From a virus (Duplodnaviria > Heunggongvirae > Uroviricota > Caudoviricetes): 44,090 nucleotides of DNA. Each line of letters begins with the position of its first letter. Position 1 is the first letter of the stretch. The stretch lies in IMG/VR virus record IMGVR_UViG_3300045988_048025. One strand, given 5' to 3'. This document shows, one piece after another, positions 43,498 through 44,090 of the stretch. The translations under genes were made by a program, and so were the position numbers. The notes below the pieces were generated by a model. The model had not been told where the DNA came from, searched no databases, and saw nothing but the letters and a program-made list of their open reading frames with translations.

Positions 43498-43730
43498 TTA
43501 CCAGCATTCCGAACCTGATTAAAGAATTTGGCACGATGGCGGAGACATGCCGACAAACTGGACTCAATGAAATGACGATTGCGAAGTACAGCAAAGACGT
43601 CGATTGCGAGCGCCATGTAATTTATAACAATCGTCTCATGACGCACGTTAAGACAAGCCCGGTGTTATTCACGCGCCGTGGTATCACTAAAACTGAGCTA
43701 CGAATTGCTAAAGAGGAGAGCGGGGAATGA
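43494..43730 (+). CDS. Putative DNA-binding protein (HTH-like)
   Basis: ATG 43494 with RBS agga; AETCRQTGLNEMTIAKYSKD resembles an HTH. Confidence 0.35.
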   Translation: MITSIPNLIKEFGTMAETCRQTGLNEMTIAKYSKDVDCERHVIYNNRLMTHVKTSPVLFTRRGITKTELRIAKEESGE

Positions 43731-43999
43731 TTGAATATGATAACTACCACATAAACCGGTGTGAGGCCCTTGAATTTTTGTCCAGAAACTTCCACGATTT
43801 CCCAGAACACATGCCTAATGTGCGCGAAGTTGCGGAGGGTATTTCCGAGAACATATTCAAAGGCTGGCGATTCGTCGTTATTGATTCTGGTGAGTTGGTT
43901 TTCGCTGATTGCTTTTCACCATGTATTCGTAAAATAGACCTTGAGGAATTTAATGCAACTTTTAGTCTTTCCGAATGCCTGGACTATAGCCGTAGCTAA
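43727..43999 (+). CDS. Hypothetical protein
   Basis: Last + strand ORF, followed by the terminator at 44060..44079. Confidence 0.4.
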   Translation: MIEYDNYHINRCEALEFLSRNFHDFPEHMPNVREVAEGISENIFKGWRFVVIDSGELVFADCFSPCIRKIDLEEFNATFSLSECLDYSRS

Positions 44000-44035
44000 C
44001 GACCATTACGGCGGCGATGGTAAGAGAGCACCGCG

Positions 44036-44090
44036 ACGCGGCCTATATAACTGATACAAGCCCTCTATGGAGGGCTTTTCTGTACATCCC
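44036..44090. repeat. Second copy of the 55-bp terminal direct repeat
   Basis: Exact identity with 1..55. Confidence 0.9.
44060..44079 (+). terminator. Rho-independent terminator after the last + strand gene
   Basis: gccctc-tatg-gagggc hairpin plus TTTT, about 60 nt after the stop at 43999. Confidence 0.55.

Overview
This 44,090-bp window looks like a complete, lytic tailed dsDNA phage genome with enterobacterial-style codon usage and ribosome-binding sites; the first 55 bp are repeated exactly at the end (1..55 = 44036..44090), so the unique unit is about 44,035 bp. All calls come from reading the sequence and the supplied ORF track; no database search or computation was run, so functions are motif-based inferences. 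A Guernseyvirinae/Jersey-like siphovirus is a plausible but unverified assignment. Layout: + strand packaging and head genes (small and large terminase, portal, Mu F-like head morphogenesis protein, scaffold, major capsid), a spanin pair, head-tail and tail genes (tube, chaperone pair, tape measure, tip proteins, tailspike); a long - strand replication/recombination block (SF2 helicase, VRR-NUC, family A DNA polymerase, SSB-like protein, Cas4/RecB-like exonuclease, primase-helicase); then + strand small early genes and a holin/endolysin cassette. No tRNA, CRISPR array or integrase was seen. The most unusual locus is an in-frame, intein-like 816-bp insertion in the head morphogenesis gene (4226..5041) whose central part appears to encode, on the opposite strand, an HTH plus PD-(D/E)xK-like nuclease (4229..4981). 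Other points of interest are two paralogous promoter-proximal structured RNA elements about 31 kb apart, a 16-bp operator-like motif at seven or more promoters, and an inverted accessory island (HNH-AP2 endonuclease, HTH-metallophosphoesterase) inside the tail gene block.
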